In this document: piece by piece, positions 53,871 to 64,000 of the stretch
Numbering within the stretch: position 1 is the stretch's first letter
Layout of the letters: each line of letters begins with the position of its first letter
From: Amphiscolops sp. MND2022
Lineage: Eukaryota
Assembly (NCBI GenBank): GCA_964187785.1
Contig: OZ076409.1
Location: 82,958,001-83,022,000, forward strand
Direction: 5' to 3'
Length of the DNA: 64,000 nt
Program-made: the position numbers and the translations under genes
The notes under the pieces: generated by a model
Told to the model about the DNA's origin: nothing
Databases searched by the model: none
Seen by the model: the letters and a program-made list of their open reading frames with translations, nothing else

Positions 53871-55071
53871 CTTTGGTGATTACTATTGGTAATGTATAAT
53901 TCGAACAATTTGAGTTCTAAGTTCTAACAATTAATAACGGGGCTTTGAGTCCTGGACTCTTGAAGATCATCTTTAGTTATCTTCTCTTTTGCGCTCAGCC
54001 TTTCTGCGTTGCTCGTGCGTACTTCGCATTGTGTCCAGATGCCTCTTGTTTTCAAGATCTTCTTCAAGTTCGGGTAGTAATGTAACACTATATCAAGAGA
54101 TCTGAGATCGAGATCACTGGGTTGAAGCAAAGTTTTGTATTTTAAACGAGAACTCCGCTGCGCTGCTCTGACTTGCTCAAAATATCAGTCGTTATCTGAA
54201 TGATTGGGCAGACTAATGTTCTCGATTCTTCAAAAATATTCAAAGACTTTGTATGCTATGCCGGATAACTCGAAGGTTTTTAAAATGCTATGCCGGATAA
54301 CTTTGTGAGACTTCGCAGTGAAGTCAACAGCTGAATCACACTTTCAGATTGATAGTTGTTACTTCTGTGGGGTCTGATATCATTTTTAGTCAGATCGGGC
54401 CCCAGGATTGTTCTCGTGTTTTTTTTAGTTCTCAAGACTTGCGATAGCTGTAAACATCTTTTGAATTGTTCACTGACTTTGGTTTCAGGCTAAAACCGGG
54501 ACCGGCGTAGATGAGTTCTCGTCGTTGCTTACGCAAACTGATTAGAAGACCTTCAATAGAATCGTACAGTGAACTGGCAGCAATAATCTTGAGCATTCTA
54601 ACCCTGAATTGTCTTCTGGACTGGACGCAAATTTGCATATCTTCTGCGGATCAAAACACTGCTCAATAAAGACTAGTAATTTCAATATTCCTTGAACGGC
54701 ACATAACATTAGGACATCAACACTACATCTAAATTAAGGCCACCTTGCATTACAAAGACTTGAATAAATCAGTGTACACAATTTCATTGTTTTTTCCATC
54801 AGAAAAGTTTTCCTAAAATACGATAAGAAAAGCCACTATAGAATTTTTCTGTCATATAATTGTACATGTACAAATATGATCTATGTAAGCCTTTTTTGCT
54901 GCTACGTATAGCGCAGAGTCGAAAATAGATAGAAGTGGAGAAAAAGCCCCTACCAATCACCAGCGGTTAGGAAAAGAACATAATGAAGTAGAGATGAAGA
55001 TCCACCGTCAAAACTGTTGGATAAGAATTAGATGCTGTAATAAAAGCAGTCAAATCCAACTCGAAGTTTTT
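41633..55071. repeat. Tandem array, six ~1712-1742-bp units plus one 3102-bp unit
   Basis: Units start at GTTTTTCAGGC at 41633, 43375, 45103, 46824, 48544, 50258 and 51970. The last unit ends at CGAAGTTTTT (55071) and has an extra 53274-54618. Confidence 0.97.
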
Positions 55072-55629
55072 GGGTTTGGCTCATGTGGACAAAAATTAAC
55101 GAGACCAGCAATTGTTTTAACGAGACCAGCCCTCATGAATCAAAAGTTCCTTTCTGCCCAACTTTTATTTGCTCCCAAGGATTGAGCCCGTTTTCGTCAT
55201 CATACGTTTTGATGCTAAAGACATTTCACAAACAATTGATGAAGTTCGACTGCTGCCGCTGAAATAAACGAATTCCGCGCGCGCGCTGTTGCCGAAGAAA
55301 TACAAAAATGCTCTTGGACACCACTCTTCATACTAAGGCGAAACTTCCTCGACAAACAAGAAGTTCCAAGTAGCACACTCAAACACGCTCTGACGACGCC
55401 ATTTTTGAAAGGCAACAGAAAATTGGACGCAGAAACTACAGGCTATAAAAGTCTTTGAAAGTCTCCATGTTAAAACTGCATGTTTTGTCTTCCTTGTTTT
55501 GATGTGTATATTACATATTATACATATCTGTAACTTCAATACACTTTTTTTGACTTGAACGGTATTTGTATTTTCCTGCGTATTAGTTTTGGCAGGAATT
55601 GCGCACATTTTTACGTACACCGGAGGAGC

Positions 55630-56500
55630 TTATAATTCCAAAGACCTTAACGATTTTATGTTATCATTGCCATTCAGAGCAAGAAATCGGAGGTGATATA
55701 TATCAGTTTGTGGCACCTGACTGTGGTCAATGAAACTCTTTTCGTCGATAGCTGGCATCAAAACTTGACTCATCTGTGACCATAAGTGCGTTTTCCAAAA
55801 ATCCACCGAAGTTGATTTTTCCAGACCAGTCAAGACGGATTTTCAATTGGCGAATCTTGAGTATTGGATTTCAAACCGCAGCGCGTGATTTATTCTAAGC
55901 CAACTATGCTCAAAATGTGCCGGATGGGACGCTTTGAAACCTTGACGTTGCCAGACAACTTGATTCAGCTCCATCAAAAAAGAAGTTATTGGCAAGTCTG
56001 AAGAATCTTCTGATGTTCCGGAGCGATACTATGGTCCAAGGTTCTAGGACATTACGCCCAAAGACATTACGCCCAAGGACATTACGCTCAAGGAAATTAC
56101 GCCCAAACGGAAATTACGCCCAAGGAAAGTAGGCTATTCAAAGAGAACAGCAGCGATTTTTTTCAGGTTATTATTTGAAGAGGTTAGCATGTTTGTTGTA
56201 TGGCTCGGTCGCTTCGCTCCCTTCGCCAAGTAGCAACATTGAGGCATGGCCATATTGGCACGTCGCTCCGCTTCGCTTCGCTCCTGCATTTAGGGCACTA
56301 GGGGTATGTGAGCATAGCTGATTACATTATCGTAATTTCCTTGTGCGTAATTTACATTTGGGCGTAATGTCCGCTTTGGGCGTAATGTCCTTGGGCGTAA
56401 TGTCCTTGGGCGTAATGTCTTTGGGCGTAATGTCCGGACACCATGGTCCAAACAGTGGATGATCTTAATCTCTCTCAATGCTTCCAAAAAATTTCCACTT
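55630..56500 (-). pseudogene. Unidentified decayed coding remnant split by MITE 'C'
   Basis: Removing 56040-56451 joins EALREIKIIHCLDH to SIAPEHQKILQTCQ. A protein-like frame with stops and a frameshift continues to ...KSLRSLEL*. Confidence 0.3.
56040..56442. mobile_element. MITE 'C' (403 bp), foldback-type arms of 15-bp repeats, 9-bp TSD ATGGTCCAA (MULE-like)
   Basis: ATGGTCCAA at 56031-56039 and 56443-56451. About 5 copies of GGACATTACGCCCAA on the left and ~6 inverted copies on the right. GG...CC termini. Confidence 0.92.
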
Positions 56501-56900
56501 TGTATTTTCTACAATTAAAATCCTCAAATTAAAATAATAAAAAGGGCCCAAACAAAAGAAAATGAGAGTAAGAATTTTTAATACCAAGTATGAATTTCGT
56601 TCATACCAAATAAATCAGTACCAGTCTTTTATGACGCATCATAAGTGCAACGATTCAACAAAGCATTTTTAAGGTCCTTGTGATACCAACATTACATCCG
56701 TGAATGTATGTCAGCAGAAGCTAATTAGAAGGAGAATTAAAAGGAAGCAAAATTAATTTCAAGACAGAGAAATATATTAACTGAGAAATATAAAATCGGC
56801 CAATCTGAAAATGCAAAGATTGTTTTTCATAAAAAAATGGATATTTTACTACAAGGCAACTCCAGTAATTTTACTAACAGCAACATAGTGGCGATTATAA

Positions 56901-57855
56901 CCCACGTTGAGCCCTCCTTGCGAATCTGTACAGATCCTAACAGATATTCAAAGGATTTATCGAAAATAAATTGGTCGTAAATACAGTTTTGAAATTGAAA
57001 TTAGTTGTTAAAAAGTGCTTTAAGAGATAAACACGTCACCTGATTGAAGTTTTGGAAACAAATTCTGTGTGAACCTGTACAGATCTTTACAGATCCTGAC
57101 AGATGTGCCAGGATATATCGAAAAATAAAAAGTCGTCCATACTGCTCTGAAAAGAAATTAGTTGATGAAAAGTGCTCTACAAGATAAACACGTCTCCTAA
57201 TTGAAGTTATGCAAACCAGTTTCTGTGCGCAGACTCCACAGAAGTAATTCGGATACTATTACTGCTTTTCTATTATATTAACATCCAAGAAAAGCCCCAG
57301 CCTAGTCTGGAGAACATGTGTGGAACATGAGCGGGGACACCGCAGCCACATACACAACAGTGAGAATCATCTCTGCCAGTGTGTACCCAGACGTCGTCCA
57401 TCGCAGATGTCATGAAATGCAGTTTCAATCAGGGTTTTTGTCTTTGCTGTGCTTCAATTCCAGTGAATTTGTTTTTTTTTTAAAAAATTTTTTGATGTGT
57501 TGTATTTATTGTTTCATAGTAGAATTTTCAAACTTTCAGATTTTTTGAAAAGAGTTTCTTAGGTTTCCTCCAACGATGTCAAGAGACTTGAAAGTATTTA
57601 ACTTTTTGAAGGCACTGTTCTGAAATGGCTAAAATACTTGGTAAAAAGTTGAAGAAGCACGAAAAATCAGTACATTGTTCGGTTAAAAGCTTTGAAAAAA
57701 TTCGTGAAAAATCTGTACAGAAAATCCTAGAACATCTGTAAAGATCCTCGCAAATCTGCAGTTGTCCTAACGTAGCAGTGGTACGATCTTTACCGATCCT
57801 CGAGGAAAAAAGACACACAGATCTGTACAGATTCTCAAGGAAAGCTCATAATGGG
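56901..57855. mobile_element. Non-autonomous TIR element (955 bp), CCCA...TGGG ends, 2-bp TSD AA (CACTA/EnSpm-like)
   Basis: Left end CCCACGTTGAGCCCTCCTTGCGAATCTGTACAGATC versus right-end reverse complement CCCATTATGAGCTTTCCTTGAGAATCTGTACAGATC. Internal ~160-bp direct duplication at ~56925-57240 and repeated CTGTACAG palindromes. Confidence 0.7.
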
Positions 57856-58491
57856 AATAGCTCATAATCGATAATACCAGGTGATCTTTTCCGTAATAAA
57901 GTTGACCATTCCTCCATTTTGCACAAGTTTCGCGCACAATTTCTCCATTATTGCTTCAATGCTAACTACAGTGAGAACAAAGACGAATCTCACATGAAAT
58001 TCTCGGAAATATTGTTTGTCAAGACACGGATAAATGGGTATGATCTTTGGAAACAAAGCAAGTATTTTTTCAGCTAATAGCTTTTCAATTAGTCGCTACA
58101 TTCCTAAAAAAGAATTTGCATGTTTTGAAGATTGCCATGCACCCTTGATACTCGCCACTGCTCGTTTCCAACCCTTACATTGTTTTTCTCGTAACGTGCA
58201 AAAGTGTTTCAAATGCATTCAATATATTGAATGCCTCGGAAATACAGTATGGAACTAGAAAATTTATCAATTCGGAGTAAAAATTATACACAATCTTATA
58301 CATATTCATTATATACATATACATTATTGTCGCGGGCTGCCGCCTGCGACGGCAATTGGTACTCAGTCGGATACAACTACAATACTCTCCCTGGTACCCT
58401 CCCAATGAACTGAGGAATGGACTATTAGTCCAAAAATCTAAGAAGACAAACTATAAACTTATCTTATTGTGATTGATTTCGCATATGTTTA

Positions 58492-58961
58492 TGTAAGTAT
58501 ATCATTTTATTCGGGGCTTTTGTATTAATGAAGTTTGAAACGCTTTGGAATAATTATCCGGAATTAGCCATGTAAAGTATGTAGTTGAAAGTTGAATATA
58601 GTGTATCAATACATGTATAACAGTGATAGATATATACCACGGTTGAGAAATTGGACACCAAGGCGTACAGGTAAAGGAAACGAGTTCAAATGTTTCCTTT
58701 CCTGTCTCGCTAAACGCGCTGTCCGTCCAATTTCTCAACCAATCACAGTGCATTGTTCATTTGCTCGCTCCTGTGCTGTATTCTAAATTAAAGGACTCAA
58801 GGGCCACACGCCACCACAACGACGCTACTCTTGTATTAAATAAAGGCGCGTGGACACTGAGTCCAAAGTAGAATAAAAGAAGTGCGTATATTGAAATTGA
58901 TAATGTACCATCTCAGAAGCGGTATATTTACTCTGATTGGAGATCTGTCACCTTGTTTACA
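58492..58961. repeat. Candidate LTR (470 bp)
   Basis: TGTAA...TTACA termini, CCAAT boxes at ~58727-58743, AATAAA at ~58839 and ~58873, upstream of gag. The partner LTR is outside the window. Confidence 0.6.
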
Positions 58962-59376
58962 AAAGGACCATTAGTCCTTTCCCCCCCTTCTTTTGTGTTC
59001 TCTTATTTTCCAGAACTTCCTGGATAGAAAGTCAAAACGAGCTGTTTGTATCTTAAGAAGCCATAAAGGACAGCTCGATGTTCACACACCATCTTTGCAT
59101 GTATTTATTTCATATGATTTAGCATGTATTGTTTTACATGAAGTGTTGCTACTGAAACTTAATTGGATGGCCTGAAGGGGCACATGTACATCTTTGAATG
59201 TAACTACTTCATATATGTAGAAGCACGTAAATTAATTACGTCATGGTTGTTGCTATTTTTAGTATTACGATAATATACTTGTAAAGACACGTTGTATGTT
59301 GTGTCTATTTTTAGAATACCTGTTACTAAAATTAGACTGATGACTACCACTTTTATGCATGTCATGTTTGGTTGAT

Positions 59377-59382
59377 TATAAA
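59377..59382 (+). promoter_or_regulatory. Possible TATA box upstream of gag
   Basis: TATAAA lies 145 nt before the gag ATG. The context is AT-rich, so the evidence is weak. Confidence 0.25.
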
Positions 59383-59521
59383 TAACCGGGACCCGTGGTC
59401 CTGGGGACATAATCTTCATACGACTAGTCACAGTCAAGTTCGCTGTTATAATACCGAATACAATATTATTTGCAAGCTTAAAGATTTCAATTCAAATTCT
59501 TTCCTCTTGCAACAATCTCTC

Positions 59522-61210
59522 ATGCCTTCTACGAGACGTCAAAAGGCGAAAACTAGAAAGTCTAGAGAAATGGACATGATGTCCGATATGGACAACTTGG
59601 ACGTAATGTTAGGTAATGGGAGTGAAAATCCCATAGAGAGAGAATTAACTGAAGTAATTGAACAATCTTCAGTTCGTAGTGACAGTGAGGCTAATCTGTA
59701 CCAAAGGGATGAATATAGAAACTTCTCCCATGAGAATAGTGAATACAGGCAGAACGATGTCAGGCAGTCTTTTGAAACTTTCTCAAATGAATTTAATCTT
59801 AGACTGTCTCAAGAAATGGATTCCATGATGGCCATGGTACATAGTCAAATAAATAGGGCAATTAGTACTGCCATATCAGAAAAGGTGCTACCAGAGATTC
59901 AAAATATTGTGAGTTCAATGTCTTCCTCTGGGAACAGGGACACTGAGGCTAGCATGTCCCCTAGCAGTCAGGAAAATAGGGAAAATCCATCCGGCTTGAA
60001 AACAAAATTATTGAAAAAGGACTCGCGGTCCGTTGGTGATTTGAGAGACACCACGGGACGTGGCTCTTACATGGTGACAGGAGCTAACGAAGCCCAACAG
60101 CCTATACCTGAATTTCTCACTGGACGAATCCACTCAATCCCGAACCTAGAGAGACAGCAATCTAACCACAATGTCTCTTTGGACACCACTCTGCCAGCGC
60201 CAGAACCAGAGGTCACAGAGCCGCCTCAGGACCCGCTCAATAGATTGGCTGATGTACTAGTCAATTTGCAAAATAAACCCCAAACGATGACTATCCGACC
60301 TGTCCAAACCACACCAATGACATTTGACGGAAAAAGCGAAAAATTTGAGCTTTTCGAGGACTTGTTCCACACAATGATCAAAATGCAACCGGCCATGACA
60401 GAGCAAATGAAAATCAACCATTTTCATTCTTTGCTCAGAAAAGGGGCCCTGCAGACCTTCAGGAACATAAACTCAATTAACCGTCAAACACTCGAGGATG
60501 TGCTAATCATATTCCGCAGAAAATACGTCAAACCGGAATCCCAAGCAACGGCAAAACACAAATGGCATCGGTTGACTTTCGATCCGAATACCATGAAATT
60601 GCCGGATTTCTTGGAAGAACTGAACCAGGGGGCAGAAAAAGCTTTCGGCGAAAATGCAAAAAGCATGATTGACAGCTTATTATACGCAAAACTGCCTCCA
60701 AAATTGAAACGATCTGTCAATATGGCCCGCCTGGAGAACGGGACATATGAAGAAATCGTCGCTCATCTTGAAAGAGAGCTTGAACTCAACGCATTAGAAG
60801 AATCAGACGATTTGCCAATCGCCACAATGGCCTCTGCGTCCACCAGTAACAACAATTTGCTCTCTAATGGCATAAATACTAATAAGGACGCACAATGCTC
60901 TTATTGTAAAGCCACAGGCCACTTTTATAAGAGCTGCCCCAAATTGAAAAAGAAGAAAGAACTGGAGGACAAAAATGGCAAAAAGCCCCAACGTCCTACA
61001 TACCCAGAATGCCCTACTTGCGGAAAGAAAAATCACCCTGTTGAAAGATGCTGGAAAGGGGCTGGAGCACATTTACGACCCAAAAGGACACGTCCTGAGG
61101 ATAAGACTGATGACACCTCTGGCGATGAAAAATCATCCAAAAAGTCAACTAGCCCTGAAACTGCATCTTCAAGCCAATCAAACTCACGTAAATCGGACTC
61201 AAAAAACTAA
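59522..61210 (+). CDS. gag: Gag polyprotein (capsid + two CCHC zinc knuckles)
   Basis: First ATG at 59522 (MPSTRRQK). Capsid-like PMTFDGKSEKFELFEDLF...; knuckles CSYCKATGHFYKSC and CPTCGKKNHPVERC. Confidence 0.92.
   Translation: MPSTRRQKAKTRKSREMDMMSDMDNLDVMLGNGSENPIERELTEVIEQSSVRSDSEANLYQRDEYRNFSHENSEYRQNDVRQSFETFSNEFNLRLSQEMDSMMAMVHSQINRAISTAISEKVLPEIQNIVSSMSSSGNRDTEASMSPSSQENRENPSGLKTKLLKKDSRSVGDLRDTTGRGSYMVTGANEAQQPIPEFLTGRIHSIPNLERQQSNHNVSLDTTLPAPEPEVTEPPQDPLNRLADVLVNLQNKPQTMTIRPVQTTPMTFDGKSEKFELFEDLFHTMIKMQPAMTEQMKINHFHSLLRKGALQTFRNINSINRQTLEDVLIIFRRKYVKPESQATAKHKWHRLTFDPNTMKLPDFLEELNQGAEKAFGENAKSMIDSLLYAKLPPKLKRSVNMARLENGTYEEIVAHLERELELNALEESDDLPIATMASASTSNNNLLSNGINTNKDAQCSYCKATGHFYKSCPKLKKKKELEDKNGKKPQRPTYPECPTCGKKNHPVERCWKGAGAHLRPKRTRPEDKTDDTSGDEKSSKKSTSPETASSSQSNSRKSDSKN
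61201..61207 (+). promoter_or_regulatory. -1 ribosomal frameshift slippery heptamer A_AAA_AAC
   Basis: It sits directly before the gag TAA. The -1 frame (CTA ATT TCG ... AAG ATG TCA) is open into pol. Confidence 0.8.
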
Positions 61211-64000
61211 TTTCGCCACGACTCCAAATATGTAACAAGATGTCAGTACGACAGTACGTAAAATCTGACCCTGCAAACATTACTTATAAACAAACTCAAA
61301 ACGACACCACAGGCATGCCATCGACTGTCTGGCAGCAGCAGATGGCCGACGCCCGCAGAGAAACTCAATATATCATTCACAGTGATCACCCATACCTATA
61401 TCAACGGAATAACAATTACAACGACTCCGCAACTCAATTTAGATCCCTACAAACTGTCGAAGATTATAACCCTCAATACTATGACCCCGAGTATGGCAAA
61501 GACCCGTACTGGGACGAAGAACTATATGACAAAACAAATTTACAATTTCGAAACGAAGATTACCCTCCAACTGACGACGAGGACGACCCAGACATTGAAG
61601 ACAACGCACTGTCTCGGGCCCTTATTGATCTTTGGCAGCCGAACTTTGAGGCAACTATACAAGAAGTAGACGCCATACACACACAGGAGGACCACAAGGC
61701 TCCTAATAGTCTTTTAGACGAGACAGCCTTCTTACACCTCCTAGTGACCAAAGAAGGAGAATTACCATACGTTCCCCTTTCAACAAACCTTGGACTTAAA
61801 TTCAAACGACGAATGCTCTATTTCCCAATGGACTTTGGGGAATTAACTCTAGATGGCCTGATAGACACTGGAGCTCACTCCAGTGCAATCCCGGAGGCAG
61901 ACCTCAGGAAAATACGCCTGTTGGCCCCCCAATCCATTGTAAAAGAAGGTCCTGCCCCATCCTTCCAAATAATGGTCGCAAATGGAGACTTAGAAACCCC
62001 AAAGAGCACAGTCGAACTAAAATTCGAAGTGGGCGACATAGAATTTCACGAAATTTTCATTGTAATGGAAAAACTGTCAAGCCCCATAATTGGACTAATG
62101 TTCCTTCAAAGGAACCACACTGTCCTGGACATGCGCCAAGGTATACTCAACTTTCCCTACTTCTCGATGCAACTCAAGACGGCTGACCATAAATACTCAA
62201 ATGTTTTGGAACCCATCCTCAACCCTGAGGATGTCACAATTTCGCCCAATGACCATGTGGTCATACCCATTCATTCACATATTTACGCAGAAAATGCAGT
62301 TACGGGCATATTGCAACCCAGCGATCTTCTGCACGAGGAAGGCGACATAACCTTCTGTGCCGCCATAGTCACATTACATGAAGGGGCTATGAGAATACAC
62401 GTCAACAATTTCACTGATCAACCCTATAAAATAAAGAAAGGGATGCACATTGCAAACTTTTCAGTGATGACCCCTGAACAGATGAAACACGTCAGGCCAA
62501 TAGACCCAGTGTCCACCTGGCACTTACTGAATGAAAATGAAGACGACGCTATTTATTATATTAGTAGCCTTCTTAAAGCTAACAGAAATAATGACCAATA
62601 CGAACAATATTGGTTCCCGACGCCTGAAAACCCAGGGGACGAAACGACCCATACCCCAATACAACAAAGAATTCTCAAAGAATTACGAAACCTGCAAAGT
62701 TTAGAACAACTCAACCCGCACGACGATGCGGAATCTCGTCGAAAATTCCTCAGCAATTTTGATTGGAAGGACTCAATGTTACAACAACATGAAATCAGAC
62801 AAATAGAAACTCTATTAGTGGAATTCCATGACATTTTGCACGCCATAGATTTGACATTGGCGTCAATGAGGAATTTACGGTCAAACTGACCCCAAAGGAC
62901 GAGTCGCCTGCTTACAGTCAGAGCCTACCTACTCCGGTCAACCTCAAAGAGGACATATTGGTCGAACTGGCATTACTCCATAAATATGGGATTATAACAA
63001 CACTACCATTCTCGAAGTACGCCAGTCCAATATTTGCGCAGAAAAAACCCAATGGAAAACTGAGACTTTTGGTGGATTTGCGGAAGATCAATAATCTGAT
63101 TTCAGATGACTACGTCAATAACAACCACCCAGTCAGCACCTTGACGGATGCGGCGCAACATATGGCAGGCAAAAAGCTCTTTTGCAAACTCGACTGTTCC
63201 CAAGCTTATCATTGCCTTCCTATGGCAGACCAGAAATCGATTGAAATGCTAGCTTTTAACTTCGCCAGCAGGACATTTGCATATAGAAGATTAGCCCAAG
63301 GACTCAGTAGAGCCCTGTCGGCCTTCTCCAGTTTCATGAGGGAATACTTGGATCGTGTTATAAAAGCAGACCAATGTGCTCAATATGTGGACGATATCGG
63401 TGTCGCGGCGACAGACGCTAACCAGCTTATCGTCAACTTAAGAGCAACGTTCCAATGTATCAGAGAAGCAGGATTGAAATTGTCCATGCACAAGTGCCAT
63501 TTCGGCGCTACTGAAATTGACTTTCTTGGGAGAACCATTACACCTGAAGGCGTAAAGCCCCAAAAAGAAAGAATCGCTAACTTCTTGGAAAAGACGAAAT
63601 TCCCAAAGTCCAAGAAGGCCTTACAACGCTATCTTGGTTTCCTCAATTACTACAGGAATTATATTCCAAGGCTATCCGAAAAACTAGTTCCCTTCTTCCA
63701 ATTGCTCAAAAAGGATGAAAAAGTACTAGTCACGCAAGAGCTGGTTGAACAATTTAATGCGATCAACCGCGATTTAGAACGATGTAGTCAATTGGCGTTG
63801 AAACAACCTCTGCCGAACAAACAACTGGTCCTCATGACTGACGCAAGTTTTACAGCAGCCGGTTACGCCATATTGACCGAAGACGACCCAAATCAAAAAT
63901 ACACTTCTGTTAAAAAGTCCTATGCGCCGATTGCATATGGATCCAAAACTTTCACGCCTTCTTAGCTCAAAATGTCGATATATGCAAAGGAATTCCTAGC
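61207..64000 (+). pseudogene. pol: Pol: aspartic protease, dUTPase-like insert, RT, RNaseH (partial); one frameshift and one nonsense codon
   Basis: Motifs LIDTGA, YASPIFAQKKPNGKLRLLVDLRKIN, KLDCSQAYH, YVDD and LMTDAS. One T is missing at 62834-62837 (DIFARHRFDIG expected). TAG at 63963-63965 lies within TPS*LKMSIYAKEFL. Confidence 0.92.

Larger units (their letters stand above)
58492..64000 (+). mobile_element. Young Gypsy (Metaviridae) LTR retrotransposon, truncated by the window end
   Basis: Intact gag followed by pol in PR-RT-RNaseH order, with only two visible lesions. Confidence 0.93.

Noticed and set aside
54253..54302. 18-bp direct repeat ATGCTATGCCGGATAACT (a 14-bp repeat also occurs near 55096-55130)
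   Set aside because: Only two copies each, most simply explained as local slippage duplications.
53274..54618. A new insertion into the last 1.72-kb unit
   Set aside because: It contains gag in the same orientation as, and continuous with, the unit's gag-pol fragment, so it is better read as ancestral sequence deleted from the other six copies.
1437..55071. CRISPR array or diversity-generating cassette system
   Set aside because: Units are 1-1.7 kb with no unique spacers. Variation is scattered SNPs/indels rather than adenine-specific or confined to one region.
56290..56487. RTLRP-repeat protein
   Set aside because: It is a translation of the 15-bp repeats in the MITE C arm.
59164..59180. 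TGGATGGCCTGAAGGGG as a tRNA primer-binding site
   Set aside because: It only loosely resembles a tRNA-Ile complement, lies ~200 nt from the candidate LTR end and is not preceded by CA. It cannot be fully excluded without host tRNAs.
59372..59521. Gag starting at 59372 as in the ORF track
   Set aside because: That start is TTG. The first ATG is at 59522, and the upstream stretch looks like UTR.

Overview
Eukaryotic (probably invertebrate animal) repeat-dense region with no prokaryotic operon, CRISPR array or RNA gene that I can support. About 43 kb of the 64 kb lies in three independent kb-scale tandem arrays, each built from fragments of dead transposons. (1) About 25.5 x ~983 bp at 1437-26474, apparently from a Helitron-type Rep gene. 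(2) 4 x 1224 bp at 32668-37558, from a CR1/L2-type LINE carrying nested MITEs. (3) 7 units at 41633-55071, from a minus-strand Gypsy gag-pol; six units carry a 1345-bp deletion and the last keeps the ancestral segment. Between the arrays are a spliced DMT/EamA (SLC35G-like) gene fragment, two CRE-type RT/REL retrotransposon remnants and four TIR elements. Two of the TIR elements share a ~130-145-bp core but have unrelated arms. The window ends in a nearly intact Gypsy element with an A_AAA_AAC -1 frameshift site, a dUTPase-like insert in pol, and an LTR-like repeat followed by a hairpin and a reversed polypurine tract rather than a tRNA primer site. All family assignments come from motif recognition by eye; no searches were run.
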